Shown in pieces: positions 12,959 to 25,716 of a DNA stretch of 64,000 bases (positions within the stretch are counted from its first letter, which is position 1; each line of letters opens with the position of its first letter). Made by a program: the position numbers and the translations under genes. Under the pieces are notes generated by a model. The model was not told the origin of the DNA and ran no database searches. It saw only the letters and a list, made by a program, of their open reading frames with translations. The stretch spans positions 109,926,001 through 109,990,000 of the forward strand of contig OZ024745.1 in NCBI GenBank assembly GCA_964016885.1, given 5' to 3'. The DNA is from Eledone cirrhosa (taxonomy: Eukaryota).

Positions 12959-13302
12959 GCATATGTATATATTCTTGTATATATGTATATATATATATGT
13001 ATATATATATATGCATACGTATATAATCTTGCATATATGTATATATATATATATTGTATATATGTATATATATATTGTATATATGTATATATTCTTGTAT
13101 ATATGTATATATATATATATATGTCTATATTGTATATATGTATATATGTATATATTCTTGTATATATGTATATATATATATATATATGTATATGTATATA
13201 TTCTTATGTATATGTATATATTCTTGTATATATGTATATATATATATATATGCATATGTATATATTCTTGTATATATGTATATATATATATATATATATT
13301 CT

Positions 13303-13338
<36 letters not shown>

Positions 13339-13550
13339 TATGTATATATTCTTGTATATATGTATATATATATATATATATGTATATATTCTTGTATATA
13401 TGTATATATATATATATATGTATATATTCTTGTATATATGTATATATATATATATGTATATATATATGCATACGTATATAATCTTTTATATATGTATATA
13501 TATATTGTATATATGTATATATATATTGTATATATGTATATATTCTTGTA

Positions 13551-13601
<51 letters not shown>

Positions 13602-13625
13602 TGTATATATGTATATATTCTTGTA

Positions 13626-13656
<31 letters not shown>

Positions 13657-13677
13657 GCATATGTATATATTCTTGTA

Positions 13678-13715
<38 letters not shown>

Positions 13716-14081
13716 TCCCAAAAGTCAGCTCAAAAGTGACACAGAGGAGACTGAGGTTAGCTGGACATGCTCACCGACATCCAGAGTTGACATTGCACTC
13801 AGTGCTCCTTTGGGAGCCCCTACATGGACACACTGGAAGAGGAAGACCAAGGTTGACGTATGTTGATGCCCTAAGGACAGACACTGGTCTGTTGGAGACG
13901 CAGGACATGGCAGCGATAATGAGGGACAGAGACCGCTGGAGAGAACTCGTCCATGGATCTCGGGAATTTTACCCGCCTTAGATAGATAGATATATATATA
14001 TGCATATGTATATAATCTTTTATATATGTATATATATATTGTATATATGTATATATATATGTATATGTATATATTCTTGTA

Positions 14082-14137
<56 letters not shown>

Positions 14138-14300
14138 TGTATATATATATATGTATATATTTTTGTATATATATGTATATGTATATATTCTTGTATATAT
14201 ATATATACACATGTATATGTATATACACATGTATATATGTATATATGTATATATGTATATATATATATATATACATATGTATATATATATATTTAATATA
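12520..14300. repeat. Complex (TA)n satellite with GTATATATTCTTGTATATAT units
   Basis: Direct inspection; source of the many I/Y-rich pseudo-ORFs. Confidence 0.95.
13714..13990 (+). mobile_element. RTE-like LINE 3' end inserted in (TA)n
   Basis: [36 protein letters not shown] then stop and (GATA)n tail. Confidence 0.85.
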
Positions 14301-14492
14301 TATACAGAAATATAATATCTAACAAAACAAAACAGAGTTGTTATCTTTAAATCTGTGACAAAACATCAATATATTTTATTGAAATGTAATCCGTAACTTC
14401 CACAAAACAGTTTGAGGAAATTCTTCAATCACTTCATGTTTATAGTCAATGTAAAAAGAGAAAGAGAAAGAATTATACAGAGAGAGAGAGAG

Positions 14493-14526
<34 letters not shown>

Positions 14527-14967
14527 GGGAGTGATGTAGAAATGAGAAACATATTGGAAATTTAGAGAAGAAACTGGTTAAAGAGAGAGAAAGAGACATA
14601 AGATAAGAGTGAATGATAATTAAAGAGAGAGTAAAATCAAGAGTTAAAACAGTCACAGCCACTAGATTGAGACAGGGTGAGTGAGTGAGTGAGTGAGTGA
14701 GCGGGAAGGGGAAGGGGAGAGAGGGGGAGTGTGAGAGGAGGAGAGAGAGAGTGAGAGATCAAAGTAGAGTGCAAGAATGAGTTGGATCAAATTAGAAAGA
14801 GAATCAGATCAAAGTAGAAAGAGAGATAGGTGGGCATAGAGAGATAGATGTAGATAGAGAGAAATAAGAGGATGGAAAAAAAAAACTGAAGGAGTGTTAG
14901 AGAGAAAAAACATGAGATGGCTAGATAGATAGATAGATAGATGAATAGATAGATAGATAGATAGATT

Positions 14968-15000
<33 letters not shown>

Positions 15001-15486
15001 AGAGTCAGTTCAAATTAGAAAGAGAGAGAAGGGGAGAATATATTAATAATAGTTGAGAGAAACAGAAACTATAGAAGATAGAGATAGTAAAAAAATATAG
15101 AGAGGGAGATAGAGAGAGGGAGAAACAAAGAGGGGGAGAGGGAGGAGTGATATAATATAGTATATTAGGAAAATGGAGAGAGGGGGAGGGGCCATGGCAC
15201 TTGTAATTCAAAATCAATTCGTTGAATTGGTTCCTGAAAAGAAAACATTTAGTGAAGAACATTAGAAATTTTTTACTTATTTTATTTATTTTTTTTAACA
15301 TTAGCAAAGCAATGTATAATTTTGCTGAATCGGAAGGAGTTTTCATTTATCAATAGCAAGAATCAAATTATATCCCTAACTTTGAGAAATTCATTGAACA
15401 TAAGGAGCAAACATGTAATTTAGCTTTGAAGATATTCTATCTGACAATGGAGCTAGGCGCGAGCAAGAGTGGTATTTCTACAAATC

Positions 15487-16252
15487 ACTGACTGACTGAC
15501 TGACTGGTTGGTTGGCTGGCTGGTTGGTAGGATGGCTGGTAGATGGTTGGTTGGCTGGTTGGGTAGATGGTTGCCTGGATGGTTGGATGGTTAGATGGCT
15601 GATTGGCTGGCTGGTAGGATGGCTGGTAGATGGTTGCCTGGATGGTTGGATGGTTAGATGGCTGATTGGCTGGTTGGTTGGGTAGATGGTTGCCTGGATG
15701 GTTGGATGGTTAGATGGCTGATTGGCTGGCTGGTAGGCTGGATGGTTGGGTAGATGGTTGCATGGATGGTTGGATGGTTAGATGGTTAGATGGCTGATTG
15801 GCTGGATGGTTGGGTAGATGGTTGCCTGGATGGTTGGATGGTTAGATGGCTGATTGGCTGGATGGTAGGCTGGATAGTTGGGTAGATGGTTGCCTGGATG
15901 GTTGGATGGTTAGATGGCTGATTGGCTGGTTGGTAGGATGGTTGGGTAGATGGTTGCCTAGATGGTTGGATGGTTAGATGGCTGATTGGTTGGCTGGTAG
16001 GATGGTTGGGTAGATGGTTGCCTGGATGGTTGGATGGTTAGATGGCTGATTGGTTGGCTGGTAGGATGGTTGGGTAGATGGTTGCCTGGATGGTTGGATG
16101 GTTAGATGGCTGATTGGCTGGCTGGTAGGCTGGATGGTTGGGTAGATGGTTGCCTGGATGGTTGGATGGTTAGATGGCTGAGTGGCTGGCTGGTAGGTTG
16201 GTTGGGTAGATGGTTGCCTGGATGGTTGGATGGTTAGATGGCTGATTGGCTG
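15487..16252. repeat. (TGGN)-derived ~60-65-bp minisatellite
   Basis: Recurrent GGTAGATGGTTGCCTGGATGGTTGGATGGTTAGATGGCTGATTGG. Confidence 0.9.
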
Positions 16253-16494
16253 AAACTGTCAGTTGAAAATTGAAAACTTGACTGTCACCACACATTATGA
16301 ACCTGAAGATTCCGAAAGCATGAAAGTACATGTTCAATTAACACTTAACATTTAATATTCTATCATACTATTTCATTATAATACCATTATAAATTTTAAA
16401 GGATTGTAAATAAAATGAGTAAATCAGACAAAGTTGGAATTCCTCTTATTAATATATATATATATATATATATTATAAAAATTATATATATATA

Positions 16495-16548
<54 letters not shown>

Positions 16549-16551
<3 letters not shown>

Positions 16552-17064
16552 GGTGCATGGCTTAGTGGTTAGAGCATTGGGCTTGCACTCAAAAGGTTGT
16601 CTCGGACCGGGTGATGTGTTGTTTCCTTGAGCAAGACACTTTATTTCACATTGGTCCAGTTTACTCAGCTGTAGAAATGAGATGATAGGACTGGGGGGTC
16701 CCTATCATTCCACTGTAAAGTGGTCGTGAGGTGCCATGGTAAAAAAGCACCCAGCCAACACTGTAAAGTGGTCGTGGAGGTGCCACGGCTAAAAAGCACC
16801 AGCCCACACTGTAAAGTGGTCGTGGGGGTGCCACGGCTAAAAAGCACCCAGCCCACACTGTAAAGTGGTCGTGGAGGTGCCACGGCTAAAAAGCACCCAG
16901 CCCACACTGTAAAGTGGACGTGTAGGCGCCACGGGAAAAAAAGCACCCAGCACTCACTGTAAATGAGGTTGATGTTAGGAAGGGCATCCAGCTGTATAAA
17001 TCAAGCCAGAATCAGGTCTAACCTATGCTAGCATGGAAGATAGACATTAAACGATGATGATGAT
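16549..17064 (+). mobile_element. Full-length CORE-type SINE with RTE-like tail and ~5 internal 48-bp repeats
   Basis: Head GGTGCATGGCTTAGTGGTTAGAGC; CORE-like CCTTGAGCAAGACACTT...CAGTTTACTCAGCTGTAGAAATG; GGAAGGGCATCCAGCTG; (GAT)n tail. Confidence 0.85.
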
Positions 17065-17070
17065 ATATAT

Positions 17071-17845
17071 ATCATCATCATCATCATCATTTTACTTCTG
17101 CTTTTCCCTGCTTGCAAGGGTGGGACAAGAACTGATTCTGGTTTGTTTTCTACAGCTGGATGCCCTTCCCAACACCAACCTCATTTACAGTGAGTGCTGG
17201 GTGCCTTTTTAGAAGAATGGTATTAGTACAGATAATAGTTGTTGAAATAACAAGAATGGCTTTTTGGTTTATATACAAAGGTTTACTTCATTGAAGTCAA
17301 AGAAAGGACAATAAACATATTACCACTAGTTGTGAAGGTTGACGATGTTATTAGTGTAGTTGGTTCATGAGGCTGTTGGTAGTAAAAAGAGTTGCTCTTA
17401 ACATGTTCACTGGAGTAGGATGGTATTTTCACTCCACGTGTTGTGGGTGAAGGCTGAAGTGAAGAAGGCGTAGCCGCCTCCGTTCTCCAGGACTGCTGTG
17501 GGTAAAAGAGAGAGAACACTCTCGCTGTCTCAATATATAGTCCCCATGGGGACATAACTCCAATTACCTCCTGTTGTTGACACTAGGGGTCACTACAGTC
17601 CCCAAGGGATGTAACTCTCATGAGTTCTGGATTTCACCGCTAGGGGTCACTACACCTTTACAGTGTGAGCTGGGTGCTTTTTTGCCGTTGCACCTCCATG
17701 ACCACTCATTTCTACAGCTGAGTAAACTGGAGCAATGTGAAATAATGTGTCTTGCTCAAGGAAACAACACATCACCCGGCCTGAGAATTAGACTCACAAC
17801 CTTTCAATCGCAAGGCCAATGCTCTAACCACTAAGCCATGTGCCT

Positions 17846-17847
<2 letters not shown>
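17071..17847 (-). mobile_element. Same CORE-SINE family, split by a 444-bp insert (head 17656-17847, tail 17071-17210)
   Basis: Both halves are reverse complements of parts of 16549-17064. Confidence 0.75.
17211..17654 (-). mobile_element. Solo-LTR-like insert
   Basis: Starts TGTAGTGACCCCTAG (present twice), has a TATATA box at 17540-17531 followed by a CT-rich tract; no terminal CA or TSD found. Confidence 0.4.
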
Positions 17848-17881
<34 letters not shown>

Positions 17882-17964
17882 TTTTTTGTGGTTAAGTAAT
17901 TAGTCTTGTTACTCTGGAGTTTCACCTGTATAGTCACATGTACACAGGTGCTGTAAAAAAAGTG

Positions 17965-18965
17965 AGAGTAGTGAGGAATTCTATATGTACGTGGGGGCAG
18001 GGGTTACCAAGGCTGAGTTCTCAGCGACCTCTTCTTTATTATAGTCCTCCAGGTCATAACAGAGGAGTTTAAGATGCTGCAGAAACTACTGTATACTGAA
18101 GATCTGCTAATAAACATTCTGTGGAAGAACTTAGAATTGAAAATGTACAGTGTAAACCTAGCAAAGACCAAAGTTTTAGTAAATAGGAAAGAGGTCAAGA
18201 CTTTAATTCCACCAGGGAAATGGCCATGTGCTATATATAGAAAAGATGTAGGTAGAAGCTCTATATGATATACACAATGTAAGGTGTGGGTACACAAGTG
18301 GTGTAGTGGGATTGTAGATTGTGGTAGGTGCATAAGATGAGTGGGCTGTAAGAGCATCAGTGAAATGATTTTCTTTCAATCTGGAAAGGGTAACATAGAA
18401 GTAGTTGATAGTTTCTGTTACTTAGATGGCCTAATTAGCAGTGGGGCAGATTGCTCTGAAGGCATAGTAGCTAGAAAAAAGTTTAGGGAGCAACTATAAC
18501 TCTAAGAACAAAGGGATTTTCTCTATGTGTAAAGGGTAGATTGTATAGTTCCTGCATGAGAAGTGGAATGTTGCATGGCAATGAGATATGGATGGTGTTC
18601 GCTGAGGATATACAGAAGCTGGAGAGCAGTGAAATGAGCATGCTCCTTTGGATGTATAATGCATGAATGATGGGAGTGGATGAATTGAGAGAAAATCTGT
18701 GAATAAGAGGAAACAGATGTAATGTGCAAGTGAGAAGACTGCACTGGCATGGACATCTGATGATACTTATAGATAATGGCTGCTGGTGGAGAAGTGCTTG
18801 GAGATGCCAATGGAAGAAGTTGCAGTAGAGGAAGGCTGAGAAAATCATGGGCAGAAGTGGTTAGAGCTAATTACAAAATGCTGAATTCAACAAAGGAGAA
18901 ACAATATGAGTGGAGGGGGGTCTCTGCTGGAAAGGACACATCTAATCCATATAAGCATGGAACAT
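17965..18965 (+). pseudogene. Degenerate RTE LINE 3' half (RT-PHD-C-terminus)
   Basis: VNLAKTKVLV..GKWPCAIYRKDVGR; VVDSFCYL; RLHWHGH; RGRLRKSW; homologous to 37920-38800. Confidence 0.85.
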
Positions 18966-19165
18966 ATTCTTCTATAGAATATGTATTTGGTATATATATA
19001 TATACAATATACCATGATTCTTGCGTGATATATGGCTCTTTCTCTCTCTATATATATACATATAACTCTTTATTTGGTTATTATGGTTCAAGATAAAGTC
19101 TATTGAGCTTGCTTATTGAGAAACACAAAATTCTAAACATATTTGATATGTTTTGATTCATTATT

Positions 19166-19203
<38 letters not shown>

Positions 19204-20269
19204 GTATCTCTTTCTAAATGAAAGAAAGTATGATAAGAGAGGGGAAGAAAGAGTAAAGAGATAGAAATATTGAGGGAGTGAAGAAGAGAGAGATGATACT
19301 TTCTGAGAAATCAGTGAATAGTCCATATTTTGTAATGAATATTTGCCACCTGAGGCTTAGTGAGTTAGAACAGAAAGCAAAACAAATAACAAAAAATCCC
19401 CCCAAAACATAGAAAAATGGGAATAGTATTAGGTGTTAATTAAGTGACCGATGTTACCAAGAAACAAAGGAAATAAAGAAGAAAAGTTAATAATAATAAT
19501 AATAATTGAAGACAAAGTATTGAAGAAAATTTTAAAGATAAAGAAAAGAGAAAAATATATAGGCATCATCATCGTCATTGGAGTTTTGAATCAACTTTAA
19601 GAACAAAGGTAAATAGAAAATAAACATAAAAACAAAAATAAATATAAATCAAACAATGATATAATAATTAAAAGTAAAATGAATAAAAAAAAGAAAAAAA
19701 GTAATAAAAAAACAAAAAAAAAAGATAGATAGATAAATAGATAGCTATAGATAGAGAGATAGTAAAGGAGAGAGAAGTGAATAATAAAAGAGAAAGAATT
19801 ACAGGAAGCTTAACAATATGAAAAAGTCAAGAGTTTAAAAAGAGAGAAAAAGGTTAAGTGGTTTTGTAAATTTGAAAGGTTCATGTTTTGGTGGTTGAAT
19901 CTGTGAACCTGAACTTTATCACCCCTACTACTCCCTCCTCACCCTAACACGCCATCTATCCCCCCCCCCCCCCTCCCCACACCACTGGCTTTACTGATTT
20001 GTTTTATTTGCCAGGTTATCATTTACTTTTGTTTTAGTTTTGTTGCGTTATTAATTATTTATTATTTTTAGTTTTAATAGCTTTTTTTATTTTTTTAATT
20101 TTTTTTTTGTTTATTTTTTTGGTTTGTTTGTTCTTTTTTTGTTTTGGTTTGTTTTGTTTTCAGGGAGTTCTTTTCAGACAACCAATTAATTACAGTTTGG
20201 AAGTGAAGTTCATTAGAGAAAACCTGTAACCTTGGTAGAGTATCAGTTTGTTTAGAAACATCAGATCTC

Positions 20270-20690
20270 CGAGAAAATATCTTTTTGAATGTGCGTGTGT
20301 ATTTGTTTATCATAAATGTATGCATTTGTGTGTGTGTGTCTGCATATGTGTGTGCATGTGTATGAGAAAATATCTTTTTGAATGTGTTTGTTTATTATAA
20401 ATGTATGCCATTTGAGTGTGTGTGTGTTTATGCATCTGTGTGTGTGTGTGCATGTGTATGAAAAAATATCTTTTTGAATGTGTGTTTGTATTTGTTTATT
20501 ATAAATGTATGCATTTGTGTGTGTGTGTTTGTGCATCTGTGTGTGTGCATGTGTATATGTATGAGAAAATATCTTTTTGAATGTGTGTGTATTTGTTTAT
20601 TATAAATGTATGCATGTGTGTGTGTGTGTGTGAGAAAATATCATTTTGAATGTGTGTGTATTTATTTATTTATTTATTATTGTATGCATT
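20270..20690. repeat. ~70-110-bp tandem repeat with variable (TG)n, ~5 copies
   Basis: GAGAAAATATCTTTTTGAATGTG...ATAAATGTATGCA recurs. Confidence 0.85.
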
Positions 20691-20907
20691 TTTGTGTGAA
20701 TGTGAATGTATGTGTGTGTAAGTTGTAAATGTGCCTGACTATGTGTAATTATGATTTGTATATGTGTTTGGTATGTTGTTGGAAGGAAGAAGAGGGGAAG
20801 GTAATTCAATGAAGGAAAAAATAAAGATATTTGCAATCAATCAGTAATCAAAGACAATCCACCCGTGACCATGACAACATTTAAGATTTTTTTTCTTCAA
20901 ATATATG

Positions 20908-21096
20908 GCAATGGCTGGCAAACTTGGAAGAGCATTGGACAAAACAATTTGAGATCAAATCTGACCTTGGTCAACTTTCTTTTTCTCCTTCCAAGGTGAC
21001 AATAATACTGGAGTTAAAATATAACAAACTATGCCCCTGAAGGTAACACCCCAGCATGGCCCCAGACCAATGACTGAAATCAGTAAAAGACTAAAA
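20908..21096 (+). mobile_element. Degenerate SINE
   Basis: GATCAAATCTGACCTTGGTCAACTTT body and CCAGCATGGCC..AATGACTGAAA..GTAAAAGA tail. Confidence 0.45.
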
Positions 21097-21099
21097 TAG

Positions 21100-22468
21100 T
21101 GTAAAATAGTTGTGTAGGTATCATGACAAAAAGCACCCAGCACACACTGTAAAGTAGTCATGTAGGTGTCACAACAAAAAGCACCCAGCACACATTGTAA
21201 ATTGGTTGTGTAGGTGTCGCAACTAAAAGCACCCAGCACACACTGTAAAGTAGTCATGTAGGTGTCACAACAAAAAGCACCCAGCACACATTGTAAATTG
21301 GTTGTGTAGGTGTCGCAACTAAAAGCACCCAGCACACACTGTAAAGTAGTCATGTAGGTGTCACAACAAAAACCACCCAACACACACTGTAAAGTAGTTG
21401 TGTAGGTGTCACAACTAAAAGCACCCAGCACACACTGTAAAGTAGTCATGTAGGTGTCACAACAAAAAGCACCCAGCACACATTGTAAATTGGTTGTGTA
21501 GGTGTCGCAACTAAAAGCACCCAGCACACACTGTAAAGTAGTCATGTAGGTGTCACAACAAAAAGCACCCAGCACACATTGTAAATTGGTTGTGTAGGTG
21601 TCGCAACTAAAAGCACCCAGCACACACTGTAAAGTAGTCATGTAGGTGTCACAACAAAAAGCACCCAGCACACATTGTAAATTGGTTGTGTAGGTGTCGC
21701 AACTAAAAGCACCCAGCACACACTGTAAAGTAGTCATGTAGGTGTCACAACAAAAACCACCCAACACACACTGTAAAGTAGTTGTGTAGGTGTCACAACT
21801 AAAAGCACCCAGCACACACTGTAAAGTAGTCATGTAGGTGTCACAACAAAAAGCACCCAGCACACATTGTAAATTGGTTGTGTAGGTGTCACAACTAAAA
21901 GCACCCAGCACACACTGTAAAGTAGTCATGTAGGTGTCACAACAAAAACCACCCAACACACACTGTAAAGTAGTTGTGTAGGTGTCACAACTAAAAGCAC
22001 CCAGCACACACTGTAAAGTAGTCATGTAGGTGTCACAACAAAAACCACCCAACACACACTGTAAAGTAGTTGTGTAGGTGTCACAACTAAGAGCACCCAG
22101 CACACACTGTAAAGTAGTCATGTAGGTGTCACAACAAAAACCACCCAACACACACTGTAAAGTAGTTGTGTAGGTGTCACAACTAAAAGCACCCAGCACA
22201 CACTGTAAAGTAGTCATGTAGGTGTCACAACAAAAACCACCCAACACACACTGTAAAGTGGTTGTGTAGGTGTCACAACTAAAAGCACCCAGCACACACT
22301 GAAAATGTGGTTGGTATTAGGAAGGGTATCCAGCTGTAGAAATCTAGCCAGAAACAGTTGTGTATGAGCAGGACACAGTCACCTGACCTAACTTGCCTCA
22401 AATGGGACAACCTATCTAACCCATGCTAGTGTGGAAAGTGGACGTTAAACGACGAAAATGATGATGAT
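21100..22468 (+). repeat. 48-bp minisatellite (~25 units, 96-bp higher-order dimer) ending in an RTE/SINE tail
   Basis: Unit CACACACTGTAAAGTAGTCATGTAGGTGTCACAACAAAAAGCACCCAG; 22300-22468 is GGAAGGGTATCCAGCTG...GGACGTTAAACG..(GAT)n. Confidence 0.95.
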
Positions 22469-22708
22469 ATGGATGCCATTATCTCATTTGTCCTGCCTAC
22501 CCCTTTTTTTCAAGTTAGTAGTCTATGATTGGCTGCTACCTCTAGTAGGTTGGATGACTATGTAGAAGCACACATGTTCAGTCATTTGTGTTGGTATTGT
22601 TGTTGATTAGTGTTGATCAAACAGACCCATAATCAAAGGTGTTCCAGCCATGACAATCCCATCATATATTTTTCTTTTTTTGTTATAGTAAATTTAGAAC
22701 TGCATTTT

Positions 22709-22938
22709 TTAACCATTTTGATATCAAACCTTCTGAAACTGCCCTGGAATTGTGATACAAAACTGCTCATTCTTAAATGATTATACCTATATTAAAATCT
22801 TCCATCATAATTTTATCTAAGAAATATTTGTTGAGTAAAGTTCTAAATATCAACTTACTAATGAAATTTTTTATTATTTTTAAAATAAACTGATAAACAT
22901 AGGCAGTGTATTTCCTTTAAAAATATGGTAATTAGGGG
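22709..22938. mobile_element. MITE family D, degenerate
   Basis: TTAACCATTTTGATATCAAACC..CTGAAACTGCC ... AATATGGTAATTAGGG. Confidence 0.6.
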
Positions 22939-23543
22939 GCTATTTTGCCCCAGATCAAGCTCTAATAGAAATTCATGTCAAGTATGTCCAGTGCTCAAAG
23001 AATTTCATATTATGACAATGCCGTCTTTATACACCTCATTATCGAATATGCCCTTCTTGAGATTTGATGAAGATTTAGCTGATATTTCTAGAAGGGTAGA
23101 ATAACTACTCATCATTGACTTAAGTTGTTGTTGTTTAGCTCAATGTCAATTGATTGAGCAAACATATGGTCAAAGACGTTCCAACTGTGGCCATCCCATT
23201 TTTAACTTATATCGATTGAAACAATGTAAACTTTTTCTTCATCTTCTGTTATGGAAGTAATATAAAGAATGCCATGCAAATCCAGTAAAATGGTTTTAAT
23301 CCTTTGGTGAACCAAATCAAAGACTTGGGTTCAATTCGTGGATGAGGACTTAATGTTTGTAACAATTACTATAACAATAACAACATTTTAACCTATCTAT
23401 AAGTATAGTATGTCGAAGGAAGTGCTGTATTCTTCTGAAAGACAGAATGCAATGGTTGCAGTGGGAATTGGGAAATGATTCTTAAATCATAATAAATTAA
23501 ATAGGTTCCCATTAAATTAAATAGGTTCCCATTATAGAATATT

Positions 23544-23731
23544 GGGTGGTGGATTGGCAGTACCAGTAGAGGGTCGGACGCCATGCTTTGCAGCATAGAG
23601 TTACGTCCCTTTGTGATCTGAGTTCAAATCCCGCCGGGGTTAACTTTGCCTTTCATCCTTACGGTGTCGATAAAATAAAGTACCAGTAATGTACTGATAT
23701 AATTGCTGGCCTTGTGCCAAAAGTAGAAACA
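23544..23731 (+). mobile_element. SINE family A, full length
   Basis: A and B boxes; 13-bp TSD ATTATAGAATATT at 23531-23543 and 23732-23744. Confidence 0.92.
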
Positions 23732-24262
23732 ATTATAGAATATTATATCAACAGGAACTAAATGAACCATTCTCTAGACTTATTCTCATAAACTTGAAAT
23801 AGGTAATTATTCCTTGGGGCTGAATTCAGTAGAGCAAAGTGAGATAATACATTTAGAGAACTACAAACCATGTTGACAAAAAAAAAAGCATTTACCCCTC
23901 AGTGCCAATGTAATATGATTAAATATAACATTTACCAGAAACATGAACTATAACTTGGATTCGTGAGTACTAAAAACAGAAGACCATTGATAGTTCACAG
24001 AAAACTGAATAGAGAGGGTTACAAGCTGAGAAAACATCTGGATATCATAGGTAACTAGTAAGAGATATGACTGCTTTGAATAGTCATATGATGCTAACGG
24101 ATAACACATGACAGGTAAGTGAAGTATGACTTTGGGGCAAGTTAAACTAGAACATAGAAAATTTAGACTTCACAGCTGGAATGATATAGGATAGAGTTAT
24201 ATGAAAATATGTTTGTGCAGAATTAAGCCAATGTATGGCAGTGTGGAAAAGCAGATTCTTAA

Positions 24263-25010
24263 TTGATGATGATGATGATGATGATGATGCTGAAGGAGGA
24301 GGTGGTGGTGACGAAGTTGAGAAGGATGATGATTATGGAGGTGATGATGGTGATTATGGTGGTGATGTTGAGGAGGTTGAGAAGGATGATGGTGATGATG
24401 GAGGTGATGATGTTGATTATGGTGGTGATGTTGAGGAGGTTGAGAAGGATGATGGTGATGATGGTGATTATGGTGGTGATGTTGAGGAGGTTGAGAAGGA
24501 TGATGATGGAGGTGATGGTGATTATGGTGGTGATGTTGAGGAGGTTGAGAAGGATGATGATGATGATGATGATGGAGGTGATGATGTTGAGGAGGTTGAG
24601 AAGGATGATGGTGATGATGTTGATTATGGTGGTGATGTTGAGGAGGTTGAGAAGGATGATGATGGAGGTGATGGTGATTATGGTGGTGATGTTGAGGAGG
24701 TTGAGAAGGATGATGATGATGGTGATTATGGTGGTGATGTTGAGGAGGTTGAGAAGGATGATGATGATGATGGAGGTGATGGTGATTATGGTGGTGATGG
24801 TGAGGAGGTTGAGAAGGATGATGATGGAGGTGATGGTGATTATGGTGGTGATGTTGAGGAGGTTGAGAAGGATGATGATGATGGTGATTATGGTGGTGAT
24901 GTTGAGGAGGTTGAGAAGGATGATGATGATGATGGAGGTGATGGTGATTATGGTGGTGATGGTGAGGAGGTTGAAAATGGTGATGGTGATAGTGGTGGTG
25001 ATGAAGATTA
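24263..25010. repeat. GAT/GGT/GAG triplet-based minisatellite (~51-63-bp units)
   Basis: GATTATGGTGGTGATGTTGAGGAGGTTGAGAAGGATGAT recurs ~12 times. Confidence 0.9.
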
Positions 25011-25341
25011 CAACAACAGCGGCAACAACAATATAAAGACAAATCATCCAATACTGCAACACAGTCTATTTAAGCTAAAGTATTGTCATATTAAAGTAGT
25101 TTATATAAAACAACCCCACATAACTCACAATTCTATAGCGAAAGCCAATATAGTTATATACATCAAGCCAACTATTATATAAAGACATAATTTCTTTAAA
25201 ATTGGTTTAATATTCCATGGATACTTAATTTTTACCTAAGTAATTTTACCAGAAAATTGTTTGAAAATTCACTTTTTAGCTTGATTGCAGCATAGCTAAT
25301 TAATAAGTGATAAGAAGTCATTTTCTCTTTGTGTGTGTGTG

Positions 25342-25404
<63 letters not shown>

Positions 25405-25716
25405 AGTCATGCATATGTGATGGTATGTAGGTTTATCTCAACATGCAGATATTGGCAAAAATGCATAAATTCTTAGAATTCTTTTGAAATTTCACTGCTG
25501 ATGAACACTTAAAAGGGGTAGTGTTATATGCTGATAAGAAGGACATTAAATACAATGCCATCATCTGTGTGATTAATAATTATGAAACGAAACAGTAGAT
25601 TGACAAACACTTATAGTGATGTTGAAATGTCTCTCCTGCATTTTCTAGTCTAAATGTTCAGAATTTGATAAAGTCAAGTTGAAAGGTAAGACACACTCAG
25701 TGAGCAGGTTTGTGCA

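Noticed and set aside
12486-14322. Many long I/Y/M/C-rich ORFs (also 30.4-34.4 kb, 45 kb, 58 kb and 62.7 kb)
   Set aside because: Translations of (TA)n/(TG)n microsatellites, open in several frames on both strands; only 13714-13981 is a real (RTE) remnant.
20955-22295. 446-aa Cys-rich repeat ORF
   Set aside because: Antisense reading of the 48-bp retroposon module array; the same pseudo-peptide appears at 56129 and 59380.
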